From contig WJMJ01000059.1 of assembly GCA_014728035.1 (NCBI GenBank), positions 160,001 to 224,000 of the forward strand: a stretch of 64,000 bases of DNA, written 5' to 3'. Made by a program: the position numbers and the translations under genes. This document shows positions 48,229-56,934 of the stretch, piece by piece (positions within the stretch are counted from its first letter, which is position 1; the number at the start of each line of letters is the position of its first letter). Origin of the DNA: Promethearchaeota archaeon. GTDB taxonomy: Archaea; Asgardarchaeota; Thorarchaeia; Thorarchaeales; Thorarchaeaceae. The notes beneath the pieces were generated by a model, which had not been told where the DNA came from, did not search any database, and saw only the letters and a list, made by a program, of their open reading frames with translations.

Positions 48229-49305
48229 ATGAACATCCGATTGCTAATCTTGGCTATTCTCTTAGTTTCACTCACATATACTCCTACCACTCGTGGTATA
48301 GCAGCAGAAGACCAGGTATCTGATATTAACGCACTTGTTCTTATTGGTGACTATTTTGGTTGGAATTATTTTGATGTCCGGGATATTCTATTATCTTGGG
48401 GCGTATCCGTAACAACGGTGGCATATTCACTTGATCATGAGATTCCCTCATGTTCCAATAGAGAACCACGACCAATAACTGCAGATCTATTGTTTTCTGA
48501 ATGCAGTAATGATATGTTACTTGATTATGACTGCCTAATCATCCCTTCTGGAGGTCAGTGGCATACACTATCATCAAGTGCTCGTGTTGTTGAATTCATC
48601 ACTGCTGCATATGAACGCGGACTTGTGGTTTCTTCAATATGTATTGGAAACCAAGTACTTGGCCAGGCTGATGATGTTGTTAATGGGTCTCGTGTAGCTT
48701 CATATACTGGTTCGAATGAACGAATGCATAGTGCAGGTGCAATACCAGTTTCTGGAACCGAAGTGGTAGCTGATGGTAGAATAATCACAGGCGGTGGTGG
48801 AGGTAGCATATCTGGAGGTGGCTATACGGTCGCACCGACCTATCAAACTTGTGCTTCAATAGTGTCTGAGATTCTAAAGGTATCTTATCTAGACTCTCTT
48901 CTCATTGAATCTGTCCCATCAGAATCTGCTGGTTTTTCCTATTTAGCACAGGTTGAAATCAACAATCCGTCTCTTGAATATTCGTTTCTCAATTCAACTG
49001 AAATCGAGTCGGTCAGTCTGGAGATTGTGTCTGTTACTGGAGAGATTATTGATGAGATAGACCTTACCGGCGATTCAGGAGTGTACTTTGGTTCTTTCAG
49101 TGTTGAGTCTGGCACATATCAGACTAACATCAAGGTCACTACTGTGGACAAAGTGTTGGACATATCGCACGATGTTGAACCAATCAATACAGGTATAGCA
49201 ATTAATCCATTGATAATTGGAGCTCTATCTGTATCTATAACAATTGCAGTTGTAATGATAGTAATTATCGCTCGCAGGCGTCAGAATATGCAATCAATCA
49301 ATTAA
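48229..49305 (+). CDS. Secreted, C-terminally anchored DJ-1/PfpI family protein
   Basis: Signal peptide; YD.LIIP.G, SICIG nucleophile, VV.DG.IITG; beta-rich domain; TM followed by RRR. Confidence 0.8.
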   Translation: MNIRLLILAILLVSLTYTPTTRGIAAEDQVSDINALVLIGDYFGWNYFDVRDILLSWGVSVTTVAYSLDHEIPSCSNREPRPITADLLFSECSNDMLLDYDCLIIPSGGQWHTLSSSARVVEFITAAYERGLVVSSICIGNQVLGQADDVVNGSRVASYTGSNERMHSAGAIPVSGTEVVADGRIITGGGGGSISGGGYTVAPTYQTCASIVSEILKVSYLDSLLIESVPSESAGFSYLAQVEINNPSLEYSFLNSTEIESVSLEIVSVTGEIIDEIDLTGDSGVYFGSFSVESGTYQTNIKVTTVDKVLDISHDVEPINTGIAINPLIIGALSVSITIAVVMIVIIARRRQNMQSIN

Positions 49306-49366
49306 TACCGTTGAAGAAAGTGAAAATTTGGTCTATGAACTGATTGAAGTATGATTGTATAGAAAA

Positions 49367-49444
49367 TGGTGGGCCGAGCCGGATTCGAACCAGCGATCAC
49401 CGCACTGTCAATGCGGTATCATAGCCGAGCTAGACCATCGGCCC
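49367..49444 (-). tRNA. tRNA-Val(GAC), CCA encoded
   Basis: CCGCA-TTGACAG-TGCGG anticodon arm; GGGCCGA/TCGGCCC acceptor. Confidence 0.96.
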
Positions 49445-49535
49445 ATTAATTCTTTGCACCACGTTAGGAGATTAAAAAGATTGTGTCTTTGCCAAAAGTG
49501 TAGGCGATTATTAGGGCCAGTCATAACTAGTCTTC

Positions 49536-49772
49536 ATGACAATACGAAAATGGCGGGTCATTGATGGTCATGTGTATCGCCTATCTGGCAAATATGATGA
49601 TATGCGACAGGCATTAGCTAAGGTGCAAAGTCTGCGTGAAGAATCATCAACCGCTGTAATCGAAACAGCTGAAGGTTTATGGTTGGTATATTGGAAACCA
49701 AGATTGGATATTGAACGGTGTTCTAGTCTTTATGCAATACACAACCAGTCGAAGTGCAATTCATTGGATTAA
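49536..49772 (+). CDS. Small hypothetical protein
   Basis: 78-aa ORF, no recognised motif. Confidence 0.45.
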   Translation: MTIRKWRVIDGHVYRLSGKYDDMRQALAKVQSLREESSTAVIETAEGLWLVYWKPRLDIERCSSLYAIHNQSKCNSLD

Positions 49773-49802
49773 ATTAAATATCATTATTGTTGAGATGAAA
49801 GT

Positions 49803-50056
49803 ATGACATTGGATAGGATTCGTAATGATGACTCTACGGATGAACACATCAAAACGATTGAAGAAATGGGGTGTGTCGTTTCCTTAGAGAACCTTGGCGT
49901 ATTTGAAAAGATGATTCGAAACCATCTCCCCACTACTACTATCAATATTTCCCAGTGGACATTCTATGCTATCAGATCTCTCCTTTTGATTTGCAGAGAG
50001 CATAATCTTCGCATCCAAATGATATATGATGGCACTCATATCACCGTTGATTGTTA
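49803..50056 (+). pseudogene. 5' part of a hypothetical host gene interrupted by the IS607-type element (3' part at 52634-52715)
   Basis: Joining at the shared TA gives in-frame ...HITVDC-YQPATPVALPRGPMLDMFVQAILDGSF*. Confidence 0.6.
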
Positions 50057-50057
50057 C

Positions 50058-50075
50058 TTGGACAAACTTGGACAT
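50058..50075 (+). repeat. Right-end subterminal repeat (two TTGGACA units 10 bp apart)
   Basis: 17/18 match to the reverse complement of 52606-52623. Confidence 0.8.
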
Positions 50076-52216
50076 CAAGCAGTCCGTCCAGCAACGGTAC
50101 TGGACTGATACACATCAATAATATTTCTTGCGGCATTGACATCCGCGTGTAACTCTGACCCACAGTGAGGACAATAGAAGTATTCCCCGCCGGGACGTTT
50201 GGTTCGAGCTCCCTGTTTCTCCACCCGCATCCCACGCTCTCCACAGGCATGACAATCCTGAGAGGTGTAGGCAGGATTTACAGTCCAGACCCCACCGTAC
50301 TTGTGACCGAGGGCTTGCCGCATGTAGGTAGTGGTGTCAAGGACCTTGGCCCAGAGATTGGTACTCAACTTCCAAGACAGCGTACCTGCACCCCATCCCT
50401 TGGGAGGCTTGTAGGACTTGAGGTTCTCAAAGTACAGGGTCTTGACCCCGTGCTCCTCACAGAACCACGTTGTACGATAGGCCACCAATCGAGCAATCTC
50501 GCGGTCTATCATCCGAACCTTCCGCCAGTGAGCATCCAACAGGCTTTCCTTCTTTTTCAGATGGCCGGGATGTTCCATATCAGGATGTTTTTGTTCCCAG
50601 TTGTTCCGCATCTTCCGGACCAGCGAGCTCAGCTTTCGAGTCTGGTCTCTGAGAAGTTCCCGTTTGTCTATCAGGTGGTCGAATCCCACCAGCTCGTCAA
50701 CATAACCACTTCCATTCTTTGTTGAAAGGACTATGGCGACACGGATTCCTCGGTCAGCACCAGCTCTCCTGCTGTAGGTGCGGTCACCGAGAATCGAGTC
50801 GATGAGCTCGGGATGGGGGGGTTGGAAAGGGATCTGCAAAGTCAACCTCTTCCTTCGTTTGACCAGTCTGGGAGGACCACATCGACGGGAATCGCGCAAT
50901 CGCTGTATCTTCTCTTGCAATTCAGCTATTGTTTCCTCGTCACGGTCACTCCGGTTCTTGAGTCTTGCTAGTTGGTAGGTTGCATGTTGTAGGTCGATGG
51001 TGTTTCTGAGTTGATGGTGCTGGTCTGCGTACTTTGCAGCTCGAAACCTGAGTTGCATGGCTCGGAGATGTTTTCCCTGTTTTTCAGCCCTCTCTGCTTT
51101 CTCCAAATCACGCTTGACAGCTCGGGGGAACCAGTCAAAGAAGCGAAGGGTCAGGTTTTTGGTCCTATAGGGATTATCTGGATGGGGCTTTCCCTCTACC
51201 GGAGCTGGGAGTTTGATGGAGAAGAATATCTCGTTCTCACGCTCTGTGTCCCACGAGTACCAATATCCCTGGCCTGGCATATTCTCTGTGGAACCAGAAA
51301 AGTCCGTTGCAAAGCTCTTCATCAGTGGAGTCTCGAAGGGATAGCCGTTGGTCAACCAGCCTTCGACCAGACTCTTGGCTCTCAGCATAACCCGACCATT
51401 CTCTTTGAGATACTTCTTTACTCTGTATCTCTGGGAACCTCGTGTCCGTAATGGTTCTCCTCGGTCAGTGAGGATGGTCTCGTCAAGAGTTCTACGAAGC
51501 TGTCGCAGAACAGAAAGGGCATAGTAGTAAACAGACCCCTTCTTCTCCACCGCTTCACACGCTTCCCGAATCTCTTTTATCAATCCAGGGGGCACTCGTT
51601 TTCTAGCTAGTAGCAGCTCTAACTTGTTTGAGTCTTCATGGACAATTTCCAAGGCTGTGGTGAGCAGTTGCCGTCTCATCCAATCTGAGAGGAGGATTCG
51701 TGCTGCTTGTTCTAAGGCATTGCGATACAATCGTTCGAAGGTATCTGCCTTTATCTCAGGATTATGCTGGTAAGAAAGGGTTGGTTCCTTTCGTAACAAG
51801 ACATATCCCTGCCCTCTATATCCTGCCAAGTCTGAACAAATCCGGTTAAACTCATACGAGTCTGCATAGACTCGATTCAGGACTTCATTCACCATCTCAA
51901 TAAATTTCTCAAAATACTTAGACACAATAGAGAGGTCAAGTTTGTTGATCTTCTGCCCAGTAGTTTCATGCAATCGTTGTTGGAACTGTTTTACTGCATC
52001 TCTCCTAAAGGAGGGGTCAGGCCTATACCCTTTCCCCTTCTTCTGGATGACTCGTTCAACAGAATTCAGTCGGAATTCAGATACAAGATATTTCAGTCCC
52101 GTATATTTCGCAGTGGTCGATGACTCCAATATAAGTTTGTCATCCATTGTCTGTTGCCTTGAAGAGTCCTTCTTTGGCTCCCGGAGATGACACCGGGCTT
52201 GTTTTTCAATCATCAA
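50075..52216 (-). CDS. tnpB: Large TnpB-family RNA-guided nuclease (713 aa)
   Basis: RuvC-I GADRGI, RuvC-II YFENL, VNPAYTSQDCHAC...CPHC Zn finger, RuvC-III HADVNAARNI. Confidence 0.9.
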   Translation of the reverse strand: MMIEKQARCHLREPKKDSSRQQTMDDKLILESSTTAKYTGLKYLVSEFRLNSVERVIQKKGKGYRPDPSFRRDAVKQFQQRLHETTGQKINKLDLSIVSKYFEKFIEMVNEVLNRVYADSYEFNRICSDLAGYRGQGYVLLRKEPTLSYQHNPEIKADTFERLYRNALEQAARILLSDWMRRQLLTTALEIVHEDSNKLELLLARKRVPPGLIKEIREACEAVEKKGSVYYYALSVLRQLRRTLDETILTDRGEPLRTRGSQRYRVKKYLKENGRVMLRAKSLVEGWLTNGYPFETPLMKSFATDFSGSTENMPGQGYWYSWDTERENEIFFSIKLPAPVEGKPHPDNPYRTKNLTLRFFDWFPRAVKRDLEKAERAEKQGKHLRAMQLRFRAAKYADQHHQLRNTIDLQHATYQLARLKNRSDRDEETIAELQEKIQRLRDSRRCGPPRLVKRRKRLTLQIPFQPPHPELIDSILGDRTYSRRAGADRGIRVAIVLSTKNGSGYVDELVGFDHLIDKRELLRDQTRKLSSLVRKMRNNWEQKHPDMEHPGHLKKKESLLDAHWRKVRMIDREIARLVAYRTTWFCEEHGVKTLYFENLKSYKPPKGWGAGTLSWKLSTNLWAKVLDTTTYMRQALGHKYGGVWTVNPAYTSQDCHACGERGMRVEKQGARTKRPGGEYFYCPHCGSELHADVNAARNIIDVYQSSTVAGRTA

Positions 52217-52577
52217 CCTTGCACCTCTCTATCATTATATCCAATCCATATATTCTCCTAGAAGTGCAATAGAACCCAGACCAACTTCCTTGATTCTTTG
52301 GAAACTTTCGACTGTGCTGGCAGAGTTCCTCCACCTTCCGAGCCAGGTCTCCCGCCGCCTTCTGTCGGTGACTAGACACTCTTGCGTAGACTGCGGGATG
52401 AGCTGGAAGTAACTTCTCTTGGGCGGTTCCATGTTTGATCCGAGCTATCTCTCTGAGGGGGATACGACGATGATTACCAAGAGTTCGATAACATTCTATC
52501 AAGCCCTGTTTATCCCACCTTCTGATGGTCTTGGTGCACACTCCCAATCGAGCTGCTGCAATCGATACCGAAAACAT
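52206..52577 (-). pseudogene. tnpA: IS607 TnpA serine recombinase, internally deleted or frameshifted
   Basis: MerR-like HTH (AA..LGVC.KTIRRWD..G...RT.GNHRR), YARVSS..QK..GDL; DVGSG-like IKEVGLG out of frame; central RL.R region missing. Confidence 0.85.
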
Positions 52578-52605
52578 GGGGACGTATTGACCTATTACTT
52601 AATCA

Positions 52606-52623
52606 ATGTCCAACTTTGTCCAA
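52606..52623 (-). repeat. Left-end subterminal repeat ATGTCCAACTTTGTCCAA
   Basis: Inverted counterpart of 50058-50075, about 30 bp upstream of the tnpA start. Confidence 0.8.
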
Positions 52624-52706
52624 AGTTCTGGTATCAGCCCGCAACCCCTGTTGCTCTTCCAAGAGGGCCTATGCTTGATATGTTTGTTCAGGCTATACTT
52701 GATGGT

Positions 52707-53153
52707 TCATTCTAAGCCTGTGCTTCCAAACCCACCTTCTCCACGCTCAGATTTTCCAAGATCTTCCACTTGCTCGAAAATCACATCTGGTACTCTTCTG
52801 ATAGCAAGTTGTGCTATCCGCATTCCTTCCTCTATCATGAAGCTTTCCGTTCCATGATTTATCATGATGGATTTTATTTCTCCTCTATATCCACTATCTA
52901 TTGTTCCTGGACTATTGAGCACAGTTACACCATGTTTGATTGCAAGTCCACTTCTTGGTCTAACAACCCCTTCGTACCCAAATGGAATCTCTAGTGCAAT
53001 ACCCGTTGCTATTGCGTATCGTTCACCTGGTTTCAATTCATATTTCTCTGTTGAGAAAAGGTCGAATGCAACATCTCCTTTTCTGGCAGCCTTTGGTATT
53101 TTCCCTTGTGGCGATAGAAGCTTGACTCTAATCCTAATCTTTCCATCCAGCAC
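52707..53153 (-). CDS. dut: dUTPase (trimeric)
   Basis: AFDL, RPRSGLA, GTIDSGYRGE, RIAQL, RG.GGFGSTG. Confidence 0.96.
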   Translation of the reverse strand: MLDGKIRIRVKLLSPQGKIPKAARKGDVAFDLFSTEKYELKPGERYAIATGIALEIPFGYEGVVRPRSGLAIKHGVTVLNSPGTIDSGYRGEIKSIMINHGTESFMIEEGMRIAQLAIRRVPDVIFEQVEDLGKSERGEGGFGSTGLE

Positions 53154-53241
53154 CTGTTTCTCTCCCAGTATTGATTTCTAGTTGTCTTCCAGAACCCCAT
53201 TTATCATTTTGCACACCTAACAACACTTATATGTAAATAAA

Positions 53242-53297
53242 ATATAGTACTATATAACACACAGTGTATAATTACACACAGCGTTGTGTTATACACT
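53242..53297. promoter_or_regulatory. Candidate PadR operators: palindrome ATATAGTACTATAT and inverted repeat AGTGTATAA/TTATACACT
   Basis: Dyads immediately upstream of the padR-like ATG at 53315. Confidence 0.55.
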
Positions 53298-53314
53298 ATT
53301 TGGGTGTGGTACTA

Positions 53315-53674
53315 ATGACAAGTAAAGCAGACAAGGAATACGACCGATGGTCCAAAGAGGTAAAACGTGGTGCAGTTACACTCGCCATTCTCGCATTATT
53401 AGAGCGTGAAACCGCTTATGGCTATGAAGTAGTTAAACGGCTGGAGGATATGACAACTTTTCTAGCTCTCGAACAGGGAACTGTGTATCCTCTTCTTCGT
53501 CGACTTGAGAAACGTGACCTATTGGTTTCCGAATGGAATTATGAAGACAAGACGAAACCAAAGAAGTATTACCGAATTACTGCCGAGGGTAAGACATCTC
53601 TTAACATGATGAAAAAGACATGGGCTGACCTCTCGCAGGAAATGAATACAATTTTGTTTGGAGTTGAAAAATAA
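53315..53674 (+). CDS. PadR family transcriptional regulator
   Basis: IL.LL....YGYE, GTVYPLLRRLE, KYY.IT..G. Confidence 0.93.
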   Translation: MTSKADKEYDRWSKEVKRGAVTLAILALLERETAYGYEVVKRLEDMTTFLALEQGTVYPLLRRLEKRDLLVSEWNYEDKTKPKKYYRITAEGKTSLNMMKKTWADLSQEMNTILFGVEK

Positions 53675-54771
53675 TGACTAAAGACCCAATGAAGATGATT
53701 GATGAATATCTGGAACGTGTGAAAATCTACCTCCCGCTCAATAGTGAAGAGTCACTCATTGAGATACGAACCCATTTGATAGAGGAGGCAGAACGGATTG
53801 GAGATGGGAAGATATCCCCTGGCTCAGTTATGATGGCTATTGAACGGTTTGGTGATCCGAAAACAGCTGCGACTGAATATGCTGGCACCAAGAAGAAGGT
53901 CCGATTTATTCCTGCTGAATATGTTCATCCCTTATTTCGAATTTTTGTTACTTTTATTGCAGTAGGAATTGCGTTTGTGGCGGGAGCTTTCATTACAGGA
54001 CTATATATCCCTGGCTTGGTTTTTTCCGAAATTATGATTTTCTTGATTCCGTTGATGATAATTGTCAATCTTATTTTTGCAATTGTAATAATTGCTGGAA
54101 TATCTAAGATTGATCAAGATAGACTGGCAACTGAAAAAACCATTGTCGAATCTGTTCTTGGAATTGGTTCTGAGGCGTTCAAACCAAAGAGCAAGCTAGA
54201 TTCAATAGGAGAGGTTATCATGAGCGTGATATTTTCGATTATTCTGTTACATCCTGCAATGATTGCTATTTACTCTCCTGTACTTATACCATTCATTATT
54301 CCCCTTGCTACCATGGCATTAGCTGGTGCTTTCAAAGGATTCCTTTTTGTTGTGGGTGGTGAAAATAATCTAACTCTTATCTTTGAGCTAATTTTGAGTG
54401 GAATATGGATCATATTTGCAATGATTATTGTAAATATTGGCTGGCCTTTCACAGGGGTCTATGTATTTTCAGACGGAGTTTGGCACCTCGTAGATTTGGC
54501 AACAATATTTTCAGAGAATGCAATTCCCTTCTGGCCATTTGATGGCATCTGGGCTTTCATTATCTTTGTGTCCGTAGTTGTTGCCACATGGCATGTTATT
54601 GTTTCAGCAACGAAGATATCCATGTATCTACAGGAAGGAAAAGGTATATGGTGGAAAGGCAAGTGGGGTGAACGAGACCCGATTTCCGCTACTAGTAAAC
54701 ACATCACTGAGGGAACACCTCTCGATTCTCTTAGATCCGATAGTGCTGATTGTGAAGACGAATCGAATTAG
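53674..54771 (+). CDS. PadR-associated membrane protein with N-terminal HAAS-like domain
   Basis: IDEYL..V...LP....EIRTH......AIERFGDP...A.EY followed by several TMs. Confidence 0.75.
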   Translation: MTKDPMKMIDEYLERVKIYLPLNSEESLIEIRTHLIEEAERIGDGKISPGSVMMAIERFGDPKTAATEYAGTKKKVRFIPAEYVHPLFRIFVTFIAVGIAFVAGAFITGLYIPGLVFSEIMIFLIPLMIIVNLIFAIVIIAGISKIDQDRLATEKTIVESVLGIGSEAFKPKSKLDSIGEVIMSVIFSIILLHPAMIAIYSPVLIPFIIPLATMALAGAFKGFLFVVGGENNLTLIFELILSGIWIIFAMIIVNIGWPFTGVYVFSDGVWHLVDLATIFSENAIPFWPFDGIWAFIIFVSVVVATWHVIVSATKISMYLQEGKGIWWKGKWGERDPISATSKHITEGTPLDSLRSDSADCEDESN

Positions 54772-54847
54772 ACTGGTTGACATAACAGTTGGGAGGTTTT
54801 TTCCTCCCCTCCACTTTTTAGAATATTGAATAGTAATGAGATAACGA

Positions 54848-54954
54848 TGGTGCCGAGGGCCGGAGATTCAGACCCAGTGGAAGTCACCAAGTCATTTGAA
54901 CCAGCGACAACACGGTCTTCAGCCGTGCGATCTCCCTGGCTGATCTACCTCGGC
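54848..54954 (-). tRNA. tRNA-Phe(GAA) with 30-nt T-loop intron at 59/60 (54865-54894)
   Basis: CACGG-CTGAAGA-CCGTG; strict BHB TTCA-AAT / TGAA-TCT with 9-bp intron stem. Confidence 0.93.
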
Positions 54955-55040
54955 AAGAAATAATCCCCATGACCAGGGCTCACGGGGAATTTCTGTAATT
55001 TGATGTGGTCAAGTTTTCTGATATAAATATAGCGGACTAT

Positions 55041-55535
55041 CTATTTGGAAAGTTCCTCTACTGCTTTTTTGACCTTATCAAATGGTGGTAGTTTTCCTGG
55101 ATTATCACTAACCCATGCATATTTTATTACTTCGTCCTGTCCAATAACAAAGACCGAGCGTTTTGCTACTTCCTTCATTCCAGCTAAGTCTGGAAGTACG
55201 ATGTCATAATCGTGAATTGTTTTCTTTTCCCAATCTGATAGAAGTGGAAATTGTAGATTATTCTTCTTCTTGAACTCGGCATGACTGAAGATTCCATCAA
55301 CAGAGATTCCAAATACATTTGCTCCAAGTTTGTTATATGTTGCAATGGCATCTCTAAAAGTGCACAATTCTTCTTGGCATGTTGAAGAGAAATCCGCAGG
55401 ATAGAATACTAATACGACTGGTCCTTTTTCCAGCTCTTTACTAAGAGTAATTGATTTTCCAGGTGCTTCAAGCAACGTGAAGTCGGGTGCTTTACTTCCT
55501 GTTTGTAGTCCTCCAGACATAGTGATATACCTCAC
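55041..55535 (-). CDS. Peroxiredoxin (BCP/AhpE-like)
   Basis: APDF.L, FYPADFSSTC..ELC, GIS.D, FPLLSD, R.VFVI. Confidence 0.92.
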   Translation of the reverse strand: MRYITMSGGLQTGSKAPDFTLLEAPGKSITLSKELEKGPVVLVFYPADFSSTCQEELCTFRDAIATYNKLGANVFGISVDGIFSHAEFKKKNNLQFPLLSDWEKKTIHDYDIVLPDLAGMKEVAKRSVFVIGQDEVIKYAWVSDNPGKLPPFDKVKKAVEELSK

Positions 55536-55598
55536 TATAGTTAAGAGATTAACCCTCTTAAGATTTCAGGTGAGTAACACGAATTGATCTTACCATGT

Positions 55599-56129
55599 TC
55601 ATTTGATCTTAACGTTCATATAGCTTGCAATAACTGCACAAGCGATTGCAGATATGTTGACAGCCAGTGGGTACTGGAATATGGGGTCAAGAAATGAGAG
55701 GGTTGCTAGCCATGAAGGCAAATTGGATGCAGCTGAGATACCAAATGGTACGAAATAGAACATAAGAAACACACTGGTAAGAAGAGCCACTCCAACAAAT
55801 GCTGGCATGTCCGAAAATGATCTGGCAAATTCAGAAAGCTTGGTAAGCCAATCGGCTTGGGATCTTTGACGCCTTCTAACTTTTCGTTTTGACACAATAT
55901 GAGCCCATCGGTACATAGCCTCTGCCATGAGCACATAGGAACCAGCTAAGACTACCATTGCTCCCAAAGCCACAATAAGTTGTAGCTCTGCACTGAGCAC
56001 TTGGATATATGCCTGTGCGTGCCAAAGAATGGGTATCTGCACGAATCCTGCAATACCAAGAAACATTATCATTAGACCGGGCTTGCTGCCACGTTTCCAC
56101 CAAACTGCTAGGCTCATTTTTGTTAACAA
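55599..56129 (-). CDS. Four-TM hypothetical membrane protein
   Basis: Hydrophobic segments around a basic loop. Confidence 0.55.
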   Translation of the reverse strand: MLTKMSLAVWWKRGSKPGLMIMFLGIAGFVQIPILWHAQAYIQVLSAELQLIVALGAMVVLAGSYVLMAEAMYRWAHIVSKRKVRRRQRSQADWLTKLSEFARSFSDMPAFVGVALLTSVFLMFYFVPFGISAASNLPSWLATLSFLDPIFQYPLAVNISAIACAVIASYMNVKIK

Positions 56130-56244
56130 CCTGTTCGTGTGTTATCGAGGTCAGAAAAAGGTTCCCACTTTAAGCTTTTGGAACGATTGAATCAGTACTA
56201 TCTTTGACAAAATTATGTTCTAATGAATAACATACATGTCAGTT

Positions 56245-56805
56245 CTATTTTGTGGCAATAATTGAAAAATAGTGATACCTATCGTCTAATTTGATGATAT
56301 CAAACCCCGTTCTTGTGATCATTGAACTGATACTATCTATGGTCTGATTCTGTCTACCTCTTACTAGATATCTCATTATTGAGATGGTGTGGTCAGGAAA
56401 CTTGTATTTCACCCGGAAATGAAATTTTGGTTCTTGACAGTCTATTTTTGCAGAGAGTACAGAGACTCTTCCGCTATCTTTGAGCACTCTATGAATCTCC
56501 TCAAATACACGCACCTTAGCGTCTGTATTTGCAATATATCCTAACGAAAACCAAAGACAAGCTTTTGTAAACTGTGCATTTTGTATGCCTAGTTGTATTG
56601 CATTTCCGAGTATCCAATCTGCTCCTGATTGGTATATCTGAGCCTCTCTAATCTTACTTATACTGATATCTACTGCACAGACTTTAGCTTGAGTTATTCT
56701 GGAAACTAAAGCTTCACTACCTGCACCAATATCAATAACAATCTCGTCATTGTGTATTTCAGGTAATGTGATTTCTTGTGTTGGGACCTCATGGGTGGAT
56801 TTCAT
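56245..56805 (-). CDS. Class I SAM-dependent methyltransferase
   Basis: VIDIGAG, AVDIS, EIHRVLK..G. Confidence 0.82.
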   Translation of the reverse strand: MKSTHEVPTQEITLPEIHNDEIVIDIGAGSEALVSRITQAKVCAVDISISKIREAQIYQSGADWILGNAIQLGIQNAQFTKACLWFSLGYIANTDAKVRVFEEIHRVLKDSGRVSVLSAKIDCQEPKFHFRVKYKFPDHTISIMRYLVRGRQNQTIDSISSMITRTGFDIIKLDDRYHYFSIIATK

Positions 56806-56934
56806 AGTTTCAAAATCACTTTGCTTGATAGAAGAAATCTGTTGAAAAATTTAACGTGATAGCTGTCATGGAAAAGGATAATTTTGAGTGTTTATCGTCG
56901 TTTGTGATGTAGGTCCTGTTGTGAAGGTGAATTC

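Larger units (their letters stand above)
50057..52631 (-). mobile_element. IS607-family element (decayed tnpA, large intact tnpB), flanked by TA at 50055-56 and 52632-33
   Basis: Visibly higher GC than the flanks; tnpA-tnpB order; subterminal inverted motif TTGGACAAA(C/G)TTGGACAT at 50058-50075 and 52606-52623. Confidence 0.82.

Noticed and set aside
49355-49564. Short ORFs overlapping tRNAs (also 14053-14289, 20927-21136, 63653-63856)
   Set aside because: Explained by tRNA sequence or antisense shadows; no protein-like features
50165-52190. Several plus-strand ORFs inside tnpB
   Set aside because: Antisense shadows favoured by the high GC content of the element
50075-52216. Calling the protein a Fanzor or Cas12
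   Set aside because: The RuvC-II Glu is in the canonical TnpB position (FENL) and there is no array; size alone is insufficient
52606-52857. Alternative element junction (shared GTT) fusing the host gene to this frame
   Set aside because: It would overlap dut by about 150 nt; the TA junction gives a frame ending at the dut stop. Disfavoured but not excluded
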